From Macrostomum lignano (Eukaryota): a stretch of 64,000 nt of DNA. Every line of letters starts with the position of its first letter. Within the stretch, counting starts at the first letter, position 1. The notes beneath the pieces were generated by a model. The model was given only the letters and a program-made list of their open reading frames with translations, searched no databases and was not told the DNA's origin. Below are positions 52,262 to 64,000 of this stretch, piece by piece. The position numbers and the translations under genes are program-made. The stretch lies in the NCBI GenBank assembly GCA_002269645.1, contig NIVC01000905.1:1-64000 (forward strand). Direction: 5' to 3'.

Positions 52262-55209
52262 TAGCGCTTTTAAGGCCGTTGTGTGTTAATACTAAAGATC
52301 AATTCTAGCGTGCAAGTGTGTAAAGTTGCTTATATTAATAGGACTGATGGATAAGTTTTTGGTTGGCAAAAAAGCGCCTGAAAATTCCATTGCGTATCTC
52401 TGCTGCTGCCTGCTTGCTTGCTATTGTTTGTTGCCTTGGATAGTGTATCAAAATTTCTGTTAATTTTATTGTGTCATTTTAAAGCTTTGAAAACGTTTTT
52501 GTCGCTCAAATTGCGCTACTGCCTACTTACGGGTCTGCAGTAGTAATAATATTCATTCATTTTTTAATTAGTGATTTTTAATTGCTTCTTGTGTTTTAAT
52601 CCTGATTGGAAAATTTTAATTTTAGGTGTTGCCGTGTGTTTATTTTGTTTTACCGTAGTCGATAAAAATTGAAATATAATAAAATCTCACATCTTTTAGT
52701 TGTGTATTGTTCGGTAAATATTCGCAATGCTTTTATCCGTGAAATACTGCACGTACAGCCCCTGTTTGGTTTCTTGTGATGCACATCCGGGCTCTTTTAA
52801 CAGGCTATAAAAGTGCATTCTGTTCTTTTTTGTTTTCTGTTATCTACGAGCTATCATCTACGAACACATTTATTGAAAATATAGAATGACAATTATTTTT
52901 GCTACAATTTTGCTTGCACGTTCTTCTGTTATTGTTGTGTATATATTAATCATATCGATGGCTTATATAAAACTTTAAAAAATACTTAGAATATTTATTG
53001 TTGTGGTCAAAATTGTTGTGATCCTGTCCTAATTAGTATGGCATCAATAAACATACATGTATACCTCGTTATCGTCATGCGCTGATTTTTGACCCGCATT
53101 AGGTAATTGATGACGCATTATTTCGGTGAAAAAATTACCACCCGTGACAATGCCTATCCTAAAGTATATTAATGTGCAGCTATTTCTATAATACACTCAC
53201 TAACTCCGTATTGATTTTTTACTTTTTAGTTGATTGATTTCAGTCAAGCATGTTTAACGTTTAAATTAGCAAAATACTAATGAAATTCATCCATCCAACT
53301 AAAGCTTTGTGTATTCTTGTTTTGGCAACTACTTATGCTACATTTTTACTATACATTTATTTATTATTGCTCTTATTTAATGCGAGTAAACTCAATCCCT
53401 AAACGAAGCGAGTTGTGTTTTTACTATTAGTAGTATGCGAGTACAAAGATGGATATATTTACTAGCATCGCTCACTTAGCGTCTAGCTAGTGAGATGTAT
53501 GATTACAAAAATATTTATTTACGCACACATTCTTTTATTTAAATTCGCATATAAATCGTTTTATTACCTCCGCTAACAGCTTGAGTGCATGCTGTATATT
53601 TTATTAGAATTTTTACTAATAGCTAGGGTTAAGACCAGAAAATTAGTTGTTTAGTTAGCCAGAGGCTTATTTTCTTTGCCTTAGCGTGTTTTGGGTTGGA
53701 CTGCAAGTTAGTCGAAAGATTATCGATTTTTAACTTCTTTTTTTCCAGCCTGTCCACCCACGGACCAATCGGGAGGTTGTTGACTTTTATGGTCGGTCTT
53801 CTGAACCCCGCCCCTCACATTTTAATTGCTGACAGGCTTACAGGCTGGCGGACTTTTATTGACGTAATTTTAAAGTTATCGATTAACTAACTGGCTAGAC
53901 TTACATTTACTCCTCCTAGCCACTGATCTTTTTAAACCCTTTGCCTATTTTAATTGTTTTTAGCTAACGGGGAGGCCCTGGTATTTGATCGATTCACTGG
54001 CCAGCCGATCCTTTCATTTTCTTTTCTACATTATTTTTCAACCCCCATACCCATTTTAATTGGTTCTGGCTAGTGGCTTCGCCTTCGGTTTGACTTTAGG
54101 GTTAAGGGTTGACCAGCCCCTCTAACCTCTCCGGCTATAAACTTTATCAGCGTTAATTACGATCAAATTATCAGTCGGACTGACAAAACGACGACGTTAG
54201 CAGCTTAAAAAATAATGAAATGAATCTTTTTAATTTTTACAAGAACATTGTTTTAATGCACGAGTATAGTTGTGCTGCTTTTCTGCCTCCGCCCTTACTG
54301 CTTCCGTGCGCGCTAGATGACAGTGACAGCACAAACATTCAGGCCATTTCTGTCTGTGCTTACATGTAGTACATCGGTTATTTACCTGTCTTAGTATCTA
54401 GCAATCTTTCATGTTAACTGCGTGCTTTGCTAACATTACGAATTTGGCTTGTTTAAAGATATTTTTGTTGTTTCTTTTTGTTTCCAAAGATTTTCGTTGT
54501 GTTTAAATTTGTTATTTTGTCTGCTTTTATCGCTATAGACGAAATGGACAAAGGACAGAAAACTGTAATGAACTGTTTGCTGCACGTGTCCATTATTTGT
54601 GCACCAGTAATTGAATTATTAAATTTTTACGTAGTATCAAGTATAAGTGTAATATATAAATAAATATCCTTCCTGTCTTTGATCAAAACGGGTGAAAATA
54701 AAAACAAAAAACTTATTCTGTGACGCCTTTTGTATTATAATTAATTTACTTATTTCTTTTCATCACTGGAGTAAAACAGTGTATTAGGTGAAAAATTGCC
54801 TAGAATTATTTTTAAAATTAGTGACAATATATAGGATTACAAATTGCAAGCAGTCGTTTAAATTGAGTTTCATGCAATTTAGCAAAATAGATAAGCGTTA
54901 ATAACCTTAGCAAATCCGCGTGAGCAATAGGAAATAATATGGACTCGATCAAGTCAGTTGTCAAAGAAATATTCTACCTGTTTAGCATTCTGAACAAAGT
55001 TAAACTACGCTCGTATTTGTATAAATTAGCTATTATGCCGATAGCAAATCATAAATTAGAAAATAATAAAAAATAGTAATAAAATAAGTTCAAGTATGAA
55101 GTTTTCAAATTTAGTGTGCACTGAGCCTCTTTTTGTAAACTTATTATTTCAAGTTCGAAATGTCTTCTCTATCTACTAACAGGTAGCCGTTCAGTAGTAA
55201 GTCGCCACT

Positions 55210-56807
55210 TCAATCGTCATCCTCTTCATCTTTTTTACGCTGCTCCGCTTCTCTGGCCAGCCGTTCGACCCGGTCGTTGTGCCGGCCGACTCGTTTGATC
55301 GTTTCGGCTTCCTGCTTCTGAGGACGGGTTAAAAATTTAGTAAACACATTCAATGCAGGATGGGTTTAAAGCTGATTTCGAACACAACTACGTGTATATG
55401 CAAATATGCTAGACTGAGGTAAGCGTAAATTTCTTGCTAAAAGCCTTGCTGAGACGGCAGGGTAATCTAGCTAATGACCTTGCTGAGACTGCAGGGTAAT
55501 CTAGCTAATGACCTTGCTGAGACTGCAGGGTAATCTAGCTAAGACTGCAGGGTAATCTAGCTAATGACCTTGCTGAGACTGCAGGGTAATCTAGCTAATG
55601 ACCTTTGACGAGACTGCAGGGTAATCTAGCTAATGACCTTGCCGCCGAGACTGCAGGGTATTCTAGCTAATGACCTTGCCGAGACTGCAGTGTATTTTAG
55701 CTAATGACCTTTGACGAGACGGCAGGGTATTCTAGCTAATGACCTTGCTGAGACTGCAGGGTATTTTAGCTAATGACCTTTGACGAGACGGCAGGGTAAT
55801 CTAGCTAATGACCTTGCTGCCGAGACTGCAGGGTATTCTAGCTAATGACCTTGCTGCCGAGACTGCAGGGTAATCTAGCTAATGACCTTGCCGCCGAGAC
55901 TGCAGGGTATTCTAGCTAATGACCTTGCCGAGACTGCAGGGTATTCTAGCTAATGACCTTGCCGAGACTGCAGGGTATTCTAGCTAATGACCTTTGCCGA
56001 GACTGCAGGGTATTCTAGCTAATGACCTTTGCCGAGACTGCAGGGTATTCTAGCTAATGAACTTTGCCGAGACTGCAGGGTATTCTAGCTAATGACCTTT
56101 GCCGAGACGGCAGGGTAATCTAGCTAATGACCTTTGCCGAGACTGCAGGGTATTCTAGCTAATGACCTTTGCCGAGACTGCAAGGTATTCTAGCTAATGA
56201 ACTTTGCCGAGACTGCAGGGTATTCTAGCTAATGACCTTGCCGAGACTGCAGGGTATTCTAGCTAATGAGTAATGGACTTGCTGGGCTTCCGGCAAACTT
56301 TATTTTGAGATTTTTCTGTCAAATTGATTTTAGAACTTTAACAGCAACAGGCTACTAGAGTGAGTAGAAATGATAGGAAAATACCAGTGTTTAGTTTTTA
56401 TTTGCTTATAGCACTATGGATGGGCGTAAGTTAAAATTTTGTAAAATGCATCATGGTAATGGTTTCGGGAACCTTTAAAATCGCCTTTAATACGAGCGCA
56501 TGTCTCGCTAACAGGAAACTTGCCTAAAAGAAGTGATGAGAGTTGAAAGCCACACTAAGCTTTGTTTTACCTTTCTTCTGGCCTCTGCCTCTCGTTGCCT
56601 TTTGGCAATCAAATCCGGCGTGGTTGGCCTGGCGTCATCGCCCAGCCTCCGTTCCAGGTGGTGCGGCTTGCGACTTCGCGGCGTCACGTTGCCGCTGTCC
56701 AGAGCGACTTCAAAAGCAACTCCACCGGATTTCTTCTGCGTTGAAGAAGAAGACGATGGCTGCTGCTTTTGCTGTGGCTGCTTTTTCTGTTGTTGCTGCT
56801 TCGACAT
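55210..56807 (-). CDS. Short stathmin-domain protein (114 aa, 2 coding exons)
   Basis: Exons 56571-56807 and 55210-55317, phase 0. SGGVAFEVALD resembles stathmin SGQAFELIL; DLIAKRQREAEARRKKQEAETIKR resembles [22 protein letters not shown]. Confidence 0.8.
55450..56268. repeat. 34-37-bp minisatellite (GAGACTGCAGGGTATTCTAGCTAATGACCTTGCC), ~23 copies
   Basis: Tandem units in the stathmin-like intron. Confidence 0.94.
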
Positions 56808-57439
56808 AGTTTCGATAAAATTTTTGTATTTTGTATTAAACTCGTATCCTAAGGATCGGGATTGATTGTTACATCAGTCTCAATTGTCAGTTGCCTCCCG
56901 GCTGGATCCTCATCCCCCATACATACCTGTTTTGAACGCTGGACAAGTTGGAGTCTCATCCTCATCCCTCTGCAGTGTGGTGTACAGTCCAATGTGTCTC
57001 TCAGTCTGCCCTGCCTGTCTGTCCCTCCCCCTTACCGTACCGTACCATTGCTAAGCGCGCTATAGTTGCGGAATTTTCTATACAGTTTTTTTCTGCTACC
57101 CAATGCGACCCTTGCCTACGCGAAGATCATTGACTATTCATCGCTCTGAGGGAACCTTTTCCTATAAGCTCTCCAATAGTGAAGCTACTACAAAGGAGAG
57201 GTATATATACAGGTTATGTAGTGGAAAATCAACTCAAGGTTTAGTTGCCCTGCTGCTTCTCAGCTACTATTGAGACAGTCGTCACGCCTGACAGCCTGAC
57301 AGCCTGACAGTCGTCACGCCAGGCTTTTACGTGTGCAGTTTTATAGTAGCGCTCGTAATTTTTTAGATGCCGCCATTGCATTGCAGTATATATTCTGTGC
57401 ACCTGCTTGTAGTTCAGTGCTTTGACACCAAATGGGAGA

Positions 57440-58478
57440 GGGTAGTTAATGGGAAAGAGGGGGTGAATGGGAGAGAGAGAGAGGAGTGGATGGTAGAGAG
57501 GGAAGTGAATGGAGAGAGAGAGAGAGGAGTGGATGGGAGAGATAGGGGAGTGGATGGGAGAGAGGGAAGTGAATGGAGGAGATAGGGGAGTGAATGGAGA
57601 GAGGAAAGTGAATGGGAGAGAGGGAAGTGAATGGGAGAGAGGAAAGTGAATGGGAGAGAGGGAAGTGAATGGAGAGAGGAAAGTGAATGGGAGAGAGGAA
57701 AGTGAATGGGAGAGAGGGAAGTGAATGGAGAGAGGAAAGTGAATGGGAGAGAGGGAAGTGAATGGAGAGAGGAAAGTGAATGGGAGAGAGGGAAGTGAAT
57801 GGAGAGAGGGAAGTGAATGGAGAGAGGGGAGTGAATGGGAGAGAGGGAAGTGAATAAAGAGAGTGAAGTGGATGGGAGAGAGGGAAGTAAATAGAGAGAG
57901 GGAAGTGAATGGGAGAGAGGGAAGTGAATGGAAGAGAGGGAAGTGAATAGAGAGAGGGAAGTGAATAGAGAGAGGGAAGTGAATGGGAGAGAGGGAAGTG
58001 AATAAAGAGAGGGAAGTGAATAGAGAGAGTGAAGTGGATGGGAGAGAGGGAAGTAAATAGAGAGAGGGAAGTGAATGGGAGAGAGGGAAGTGAATGGGAG
58101 AGAGGGAAGTGAATAGAGAGAGGGAAGTGAATGGGAGAGAGGGAAGTGAATGGAAGAGAGGGAAGTGAATAAAGAGAGGGAAGTGAATGGGAGAGAGGGA
58201 AGTGAATAAAGAGAGGGAAGTGAATGGGAGAGAGGGAAGTGAATGGAAGAGAGGGAAGTGAATAGAGAGAGGGAAGTGAATGGGAGAGAGGGAAGTGAAT
58301 GGAGAGAGGGAAGTGAATGGGAGAGAGGGAAGTGAATGGAAGAGAGGGAAGTGAATGGGAGAGAGGGAAGTGAATGGAGAGAGGGAAGTGAATGGAAGAG
58401 AGGGAAGTGAATGGGAGAGAGGGAAGTGAATGGGAGAGAGGGAAGTGAATGGAGAGAGCGAAGTGAATGGAAGAGAAG
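57440..58478. repeat. Purine-rich 17-19-bp minisatellite (GAGAGGGAAGTGAATGGGA)
   Basis: More than 50 units; explains the 419-aa PFTSLS ORF. Confidence 0.94.
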
Positions 58479-58994
58479 CCATATAGCTCTTAGTTTGCAA
58501 GGTGTCGAGAGCTTCTGGTGTACATGTAAACGAAGTTGGCTTGTTTGTCTGTTTTGTTTAAATAAAATTAATATTTAAAAACGAATACTGAATAGCAAAT
58601 TCCTAGCGAAAAAACTGGTTTAGACAAAGTGACTCAGAACAAAGTGCCAAGTTACCTGCAAGATGCAACTCGTGCCCCTAAAGCACGCACGCACCATTCG
58701 TATCACACACAATGGACTTAAAAAAGCAACGAAGCTTACATTATTCTCCAAGACTGCCGTCAAGACCGAACAGGCAGGCACGGCAAGCGAGTACACAATC
58801 GTACCTGGTAAAGGGCTTGCTGAATTGGGCTCTTGGACAATTAAACCAGCTCGTACACGATCTACTGTGTCTCTTTCACCTGCTTGAAAGCTGAATACTT
58901 TCTCGTGGATATATAATATCTCATTTACTAGCTCAGTGCCTGCATAAACAAATTTTATAACAAGCCATTAAATCTATTTAACATTGAAGCAACT

Positions 58995-59444
58995 ATGAAG
59001 TTCAGCCAAGCGTCTTTGCTGTTGCTAGCTCTGCTGCTGGCTCTGGTGCTGCAGCAGCACGACTGCGCCTCGGCCGGTCACTGCAATCGCTGCACCAGAC
59101 GTTACCGTCCAGTGTGCGCCAGCGGACGCACCTTCCGCAACGCCTGCTTGGCTCGTTGCTCCGGCTCTGTTAAGTTCGTTCGCGGTCGCTGCCTCTGTCT
59201 GTGCCCGCCCGGCTCAAATCCGGTGTGCTCATCTAGCTCTGGCAGGACCTATCGCAACGCTTGTTACGCCAAATGCGCCGGCGCCACGGAAACCACGCCG
59301 GGACGGTGCTCCGACTCCGGCAAGACCGGCTGCGCCTCCTGCTCGAACTGGTTGCGGCCAGTGTGCGCAAACGGGAAGACCTACAGGAATTTCTGTCATG
59401 CTCTGTGCCACGGCGTCAAAAGCTATCACCACGGAGCTTGTTGA
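58995..59444 (+). CDS. Secreted 3-domain Kazal-type protein, single exon
   Basis: Signal peptide MKFSQASLLLLALLLALVL; three 6-Cys domains with PVC..G.T(Y/F).N.C...C...G.C. Confidence 0.92.
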   Translation: MKFSQASLLLLALLLALVLQQHDCASAGHCNRCTRRYRPVCASGRTFRNACLARCSGSVKFVRGRCLCLCPPGSNPVCSSSSGRTYRNACYAKCAGATETTPGRCSDSGKTGCASCSNWLRPVCANGKTYRNFCHALCHGVKSYHHGAC

Positions 59445-60083
59445 TCTGTATAACGATCAGTGGGACATTAACCTTTTCTAAAATATAAAGTCTGCCAAAT
59501 GTCTCATTTTCTGTAATGATTTTTAAAGTTTATCGACTTTCATATAAGTTTTCTTTAAAGAAAAATCCTTATTGTTTTATGTTGTAGCTGTAATTGTCTA
59601 TACGTAGCTACGTAGCAAAAACCGAATGATACAATGCAGTCTTCAAAGAATACATGTAATTTAGAAAACATTGTTTGCCGATCTACATCTGCAGCTTGTA
59701 ATCAAAGCAAAAATTAGTCAGAGGTTTTACTGTTTCAGTGTTCGATAATAAACCCTGGAAGCTGTATTCTATGGAAAAAGAAGCGGACAAGTCGACTGAT
59801 TATTTTTTACTTGAGTAGATACTACATAGAGTTTTACTACGCACGGTTCTAACTTTGGTTACTGAAAGTAGCAGTATCTACGAGTACAATCTATTTTAAC
59901 TAAAAGGTTTAAAAACACACAAAATATATGGTAGGCTAGTAGGAATTCATTTCTAGAAATAAAATCAAATTGAACTGTATAAATACTTCTACATGTATAC
60001 TTAAGGCAGCATCTATACAAGCAAGAACATCTTGTATGTCCAGGCTAATTTGTCAAGAACTGCACTGCGATGATTTTCATCAT

Positions 60084-60593
60084 TCAGCGCCTGACCGGGA
60101 TGCCAACCTCGGCTCGGCAGATCCCAGGCTTTGTAATCCAATCGCCATTGCACCTGGCGAAGCAGCCGTTCCTGTACGTTTGGTTTCTCGATCCGCAGAC
60201 TGGCTCATTCACCCGAAGCGAACATCTTGGACAGCATTTGCCATCGTACATCTCATAGCGCGGAACGCTGCCCCGACAGTGAAAGTAGCATGGACTACGC
60301 GAGTTCATGCCGTATATGCACCGCTTTTTAACCATCGTTATGCATCGACAAGTATACCATGGCACCTTGCAGAGGCCCGGGTGGTAGCGCTTTCCGTGAC
60401 ACCTGGCGTGACACGCGTTCCTGTAAACGATTCTCCCTTTGAAGGCGCACACGAACTTTATCTTGGTTGGGCAGCTCCGTAGACACCTAGCAACAGCAGA
60501 TTCACTTCTGCGAGCATTTCTTCTAGCGGTTGCAGTTGATGCAAACAATGCGATGGCAAGGGCTGCGATAATCAACAAGCAGAGCAGTCTCAT
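60084..60593 (-). CDS. Secreted 3-domain Kazal-type protein (middle domain divergent), single exon
   Basis: Signal peptide MRLLCLLIIAALAIALFASTATA; domains FVC...VYRNACHARC...GLC and EPVCGSRNQTYRNGCFARC...GIC. Confidence 0.88.
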   Translation of the reverse strand: MRLLCLLIIAALAIALFASTATARRNARRSESAVARCLRSCPTKIKFVCAFKGRIVYRNACHARCHGKRYHPGLCKVPWYTCRCITMVKKRCIYGMNSRSPCYFHCRGSVPRYEMYDGKCCPRCSLRVNEPVCGSRNQTYRNGCFARCNGDWITKPGICRAEVGIPVRR

Positions 60594-61254
60594 TATCTTT
60601 GTTTTCTCATGCGATCTATAGGGCCTATAGCTGTGTATGCAGTGCGGACTTGTCAGGCTTTTTGTTCTTTTATAGTTGCTTGAGAGCGTCCAGCCTTGTG
60701 AATATTGAATGAGCTTCAAAAAATAATTCTCAACCTCAAGTATCACAGATTTTGCTCAAGACGAAGGATTGTGTTAAAAATTCGTTGCTTTACTGTGCAT
60801 CTACTTATTGGTATCTCTTTGTATCTCTTTGGACAATAAGGATAACAAACGCAGTTATTACATCCTGGATTTATGAAAAAAATAGCCATGTTGTCATTTA
60901 GCTAGATTTTTTCTTTTCAAGATGAAGGATTTTTAGAGACTGCTGGAGCTGGCTCGAGTCAGAGAGAAATAACGGATGTAAACGTCAGTCGAAAAATTAA
61001 AAAAAAACAGACAGTATAGCAGCTGTAGAGTCCTCCCTCAGCCAGTAGCGGCAGGCAAGCAGAATAGTAACTACTCAAAAAAATTGTCAAGCCGTTTTAT
61101 TCGTGTACTACTAGAATGGACGGATGCTTGCTTTTGCAGTAGCACCTAGGCATATTGAACCAAACCATGGATTACTTGCTCGAATTATCGAGTTTTTACA
61201 ATTTATTCACTGCATAGATTGTGTTTTGCTTCAAGCCCTTATTCTATATCTGCT

Positions 61255-61335
61255 TGATCGGGGATTCGATTCCCGATCCCACTGGAACAATTTGTGTCCT
61301 TGAGCAAGACACTTAACTCTGCAGTGCTTCAGTTG
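61255..61335 (+). mobile_element. Truncated tRNA/CORE-like SINE copy
   Basis: B-box-like GGATTCGATTCCC, then TGTGTCCTTGAGCAAGACACTTAACTCTGCAGTGCTTCAGTT, close to the MIR CORE pattern TGTGTGACCTTGGGCAAGTCACTTAACCTCTCTGTGCCTCAGTT. Confidence 0.7.
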
Positions 61336-61999
61336 TGGTGCAGTTCAATATTTTGTTAAGTATGGAGTTAAGTTCGTAATAAGTAATCTATTAGTAAGTT
61401 TTGAGTATCATTTTACACGTTTACATCAAGGATCAAAAGGTCACGAAGGTGCTAGGAACAAATTCCAGGCGCCTTGTCCTGAGAATGTGTTCCGGATTCC
61501 TACTTCCTAGACAATATTTTCCACTAGTATTGACTTCAAATAGATTCAAAATCTGCACTTAGTTTGCTCCTGGTGGCCATTGTACTTTTAAACTTAATTA
61601 TTCGAATGCTTCTGGGCACAGTGCAGTTGCCGTTATTGTAACACACACATTAGGAAACTCATTCCAACTCGATTTAAAATACTACATTAAGAAATATATT
61701 AACCAAACCATAACAACTTTTGTAATAGTCTCTACGTTTCAAAACAAAAGGGTGTTCTGTTCTAATAATATTATAAATAGTAGTCACTGTTTAGAGTTGA
61801 AGATATGAGCTGAAAAATTACGGCAGCTTAAATATAGTACGTCACGTTTTATCACCAATCTAGGCTTGTATCAAAGAGTAGGTTCCGTGTTATAAAAAAA
61901 AATTAGCGTTTTTTTGGTTGTTAAACATATCGCAGACAAGAGTTTTTGAGGCAAACTTTTTTACCTCAGTGGCCAGATAAAGAATCCAGCTCACGACTG

Positions 62000-62277
62000 C
62001 TGGCGAGATGAGAGAAGAAAGCAGAGGGAATAGAAGATTAGAGATGAGAGAAGTAGAGGAGAGGCGAGAGATGAATTGAGTTAAAAGATAAGAAAGAAGA
62101 TAAAAGTAGAAGAGAGGAGAGAGTGGAGAGAGGGGAGGAGAGAGAAGAGGGTAGAGAAAAGAGAAGAGAGCTGAGAAGCGGCACAAGCCTTGAGCGGGCT
62201 GGATTGCTATTGTGAAGTTTCAAAGGACCTAAGGGCCGGATACAGAGGTTTCGCGGGCCAAAGTTTGCCGACCTCTG
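62000..62277 (-). mobile_element. hAT(Charlie)-like terminal fragment plus CT-rich tract (same family as 6871-7045)
   Basis: Reverse complement begins CAGAGGTCGGCAAACTTTGGCCCGCG...ATCCGGCCC and continues GGTCCTTTGAAACTTCACAATAGCAATCC as at 6871. Confidence 0.65.
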
Positions 62278-62387
62278 TCTTAGGCAAATAAAATGATTAT
62301 TGATAAGTATGGCGCTTTCTATCATCATACACTGGGAGAAAGTATTTCTACGACAGATATCAGAATTTAAATTTCAATGTATAGCCA

Positions 62388-64000
62388 CTAGTCATCATCG
62401 TCGCGGTACGAATAACACCTGTAGCCAGTGACAGTGGCCGTATTGTAAGCTTCATCATCTTCGCACCTGCATGTGGCGAATTGGGCTTTCCCAGAACGAC
62501 AATGCCGCCAAGACTGCCAGCTGCTCCAGTCTTTCCAGCCGCATGAGGGACCGGCTTCTCTTTGCCACCATTCTCGTGAACAGCTGTTTGACGAGCTCCT
62601 GGTACAGTCGTTGTAGGTGCGAGTCCTACTTCGCACAATTTTATAGTTATATTTGCAGTCCTTGTACCAGTTGCCCCAGTTGCCCCAGTCACACCAGGCA
62701 GTGTAGGCAGTGTCCGACTCGCTGCTCACCTCCGGGCCAGCCGACGCGCTGATTGGAGTGGAGCAGCCGCATTTGCGGACTCTCCTTCGAGTGAACTGCC
62801 TGTTGCATCTGGGATCGTAGTTGTTCGCGTAGTACCAAGACTTCCTATAGCCTTTGTCACTCGTCCACTCGTTCCAGCCTTGCCAGTTGCACCAGTTCCA
62901 AGTCTTCGGGGAATAAGGACAATTAACAATACTGGCTTTATCCTACTGAAAGTAGCCCTGTTGCATTTTTAAATAAAAATTAAATCCAGCAACACCTTAA
63001 AGCTTACCTGGGTGATGTTATCAACCGCGGCCGTCTCGATGGTCTCAGGCGGCCTGTCAATCGGGCAGCGGCAGCTCCTGGACCGGTGCCTGCTGTTCCA
63101 GTTCCCGCAGACCAGGCTGCCTTCGGACGAGTCGGTGGCCCACTCAGACCACTGGCACCAGCTGATGAAGCTGCCCTGCGTCTGGCTTTTGTCCTTCGCG
63201 CCCTGACACCAGCCGCTCACGGAGGCCCCTTCGTCAGTGGGGCAGGTGCACTGGCGGACGCGGGTTCGATTCACAAGCGCGTTGCAGATGTCGGAATCTC
63301 CGGTCGCACCAGAGGCGGTGGCCCAGTTGGTCCAGGACTGCCAGGTGCAGATGTCTGAGCAGGAGAAGTCGGTGTGCTTTCATGAATCAAAGTATACAGG
63401 AAACTGCTCGATTAAAGACCCACTCACCGTGGTACAGAGTGACAGAAGACCCACTCGCCGTGGTACAGAGTGACAGAAGATTCACTCAGCCTGGTACAGA
63501 GTGACAGAAGACCCACTCAATGTGTTACAGAGTGACAGAAGAACCACTCACCGTGGTAAAGAGTGACAGAAGATTCACTCAGCCTGGTACAGAGTGACAG
63601 AAGACCCACTCAATGTGTTACAGAGTGACAGAAGAACCACTCACCGTGGTAAAGAGTGACAGAAGATCCACTCACCGTGGTACAGAGTGACAGAAGACCC
63701 ACTCACCGTGGTACAGAGTGACAGAAGACCCACTCACCGTGGTACAGAGTGACAGAAGACCCTCTCACCGTGGTACAGAGTGACAGAAGACCCACTCACC
63801 GTGGTACAGAGTGACAGAAGACCCACTCACCGTGGTACAGCTTGACGAAGGCGGCTTTCCCAGCCGTGCCGTTGCCAGTCCAGTAGGTCTCGAACTGTCC
63901 CTGGTCAGCCAGGTGGCACAGGCCCGCACTGGCATTGAAGTAGTACGCGTGGCAGAAAGCCCACGCCCTGCACTTGGTCGCGCACTGGAGACTCCCCAGC
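62388..64000 (-). CDS. Cys/Trp-rich protein: PAN/apple-like domain + ~5 TSP1-like repeats; 5' end outside window
   Basis: Exons 63831->64000 (QCATKCRAWAFCHAYYFNASAGLCHL), 63008-63354 and 62388-62903, phases 1 and 0 consistent. Repeated WxxWxxW...RxRxRxC motifs. Confidence 0.85.
63405..63840 (-). repeat. 31-bp minisatellite that copies an exon end plus 5' splice site, ~14 copies
   Basis: Minus-strand unit CTGTACCACG|GTGAGTGGGTCTTCTGTCACT; the first copy is the real exon/intron junction. Confidence 0.92.

Overview
Eukaryotic (animal) genomic DNA with GC-rich exons, AT-rich GT-AG introns and very dense micro/minisatellites. The style suggests an invertebrate such as a free-living flatworm, but that is a guess. 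I reconstructed seven genes by hand from splice sites and phases. (1) A 5'-truncated Ig/FN3 single-pass receptor of the Cdo/Boc/Ihog type (+, 722-11176). (2) A large minus-strand locus (18883-46560) that appears to join an Sp17-type RIIa docking domain, canonical IQ motifs, neuromodulin/PEP-19-like IQ repeats and a ~3.3 kb Glu-rich repeat exon, with at least two internal alternative first exons. (3) A CRIB-motif CDC42 small-effector-like gene (+, 50337-52261). (4) A short stathmin-like gene (-, 55210-56807). (5, 6) Two convergent single-exon, 3-domain Kazal genes (58995-60593). (7) A 5'-truncated PAN/apple + TSP1-repeat gene (-, 62388-64000). Mobile DNA comprises a full-length but decayed Ty3/Gypsy (Mag-like) LTR element with a 5-bp TSD (12371-16930), hAT-type and Tc1/mariner-type non-autonomous elements, and two tRNA/CORE-type SINE copies. 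The most unusual observations are the multi-promoter RIIa/IQ locus, minisatellites built from splice signals that fill whole introns, and a 4x ~270-bp unit embedded in (GATA)n. Several single-C losses in C runs break otherwise clean reading frames and look like long-read assembly errors. No database search was possible, so all family calls come from motif recognition.
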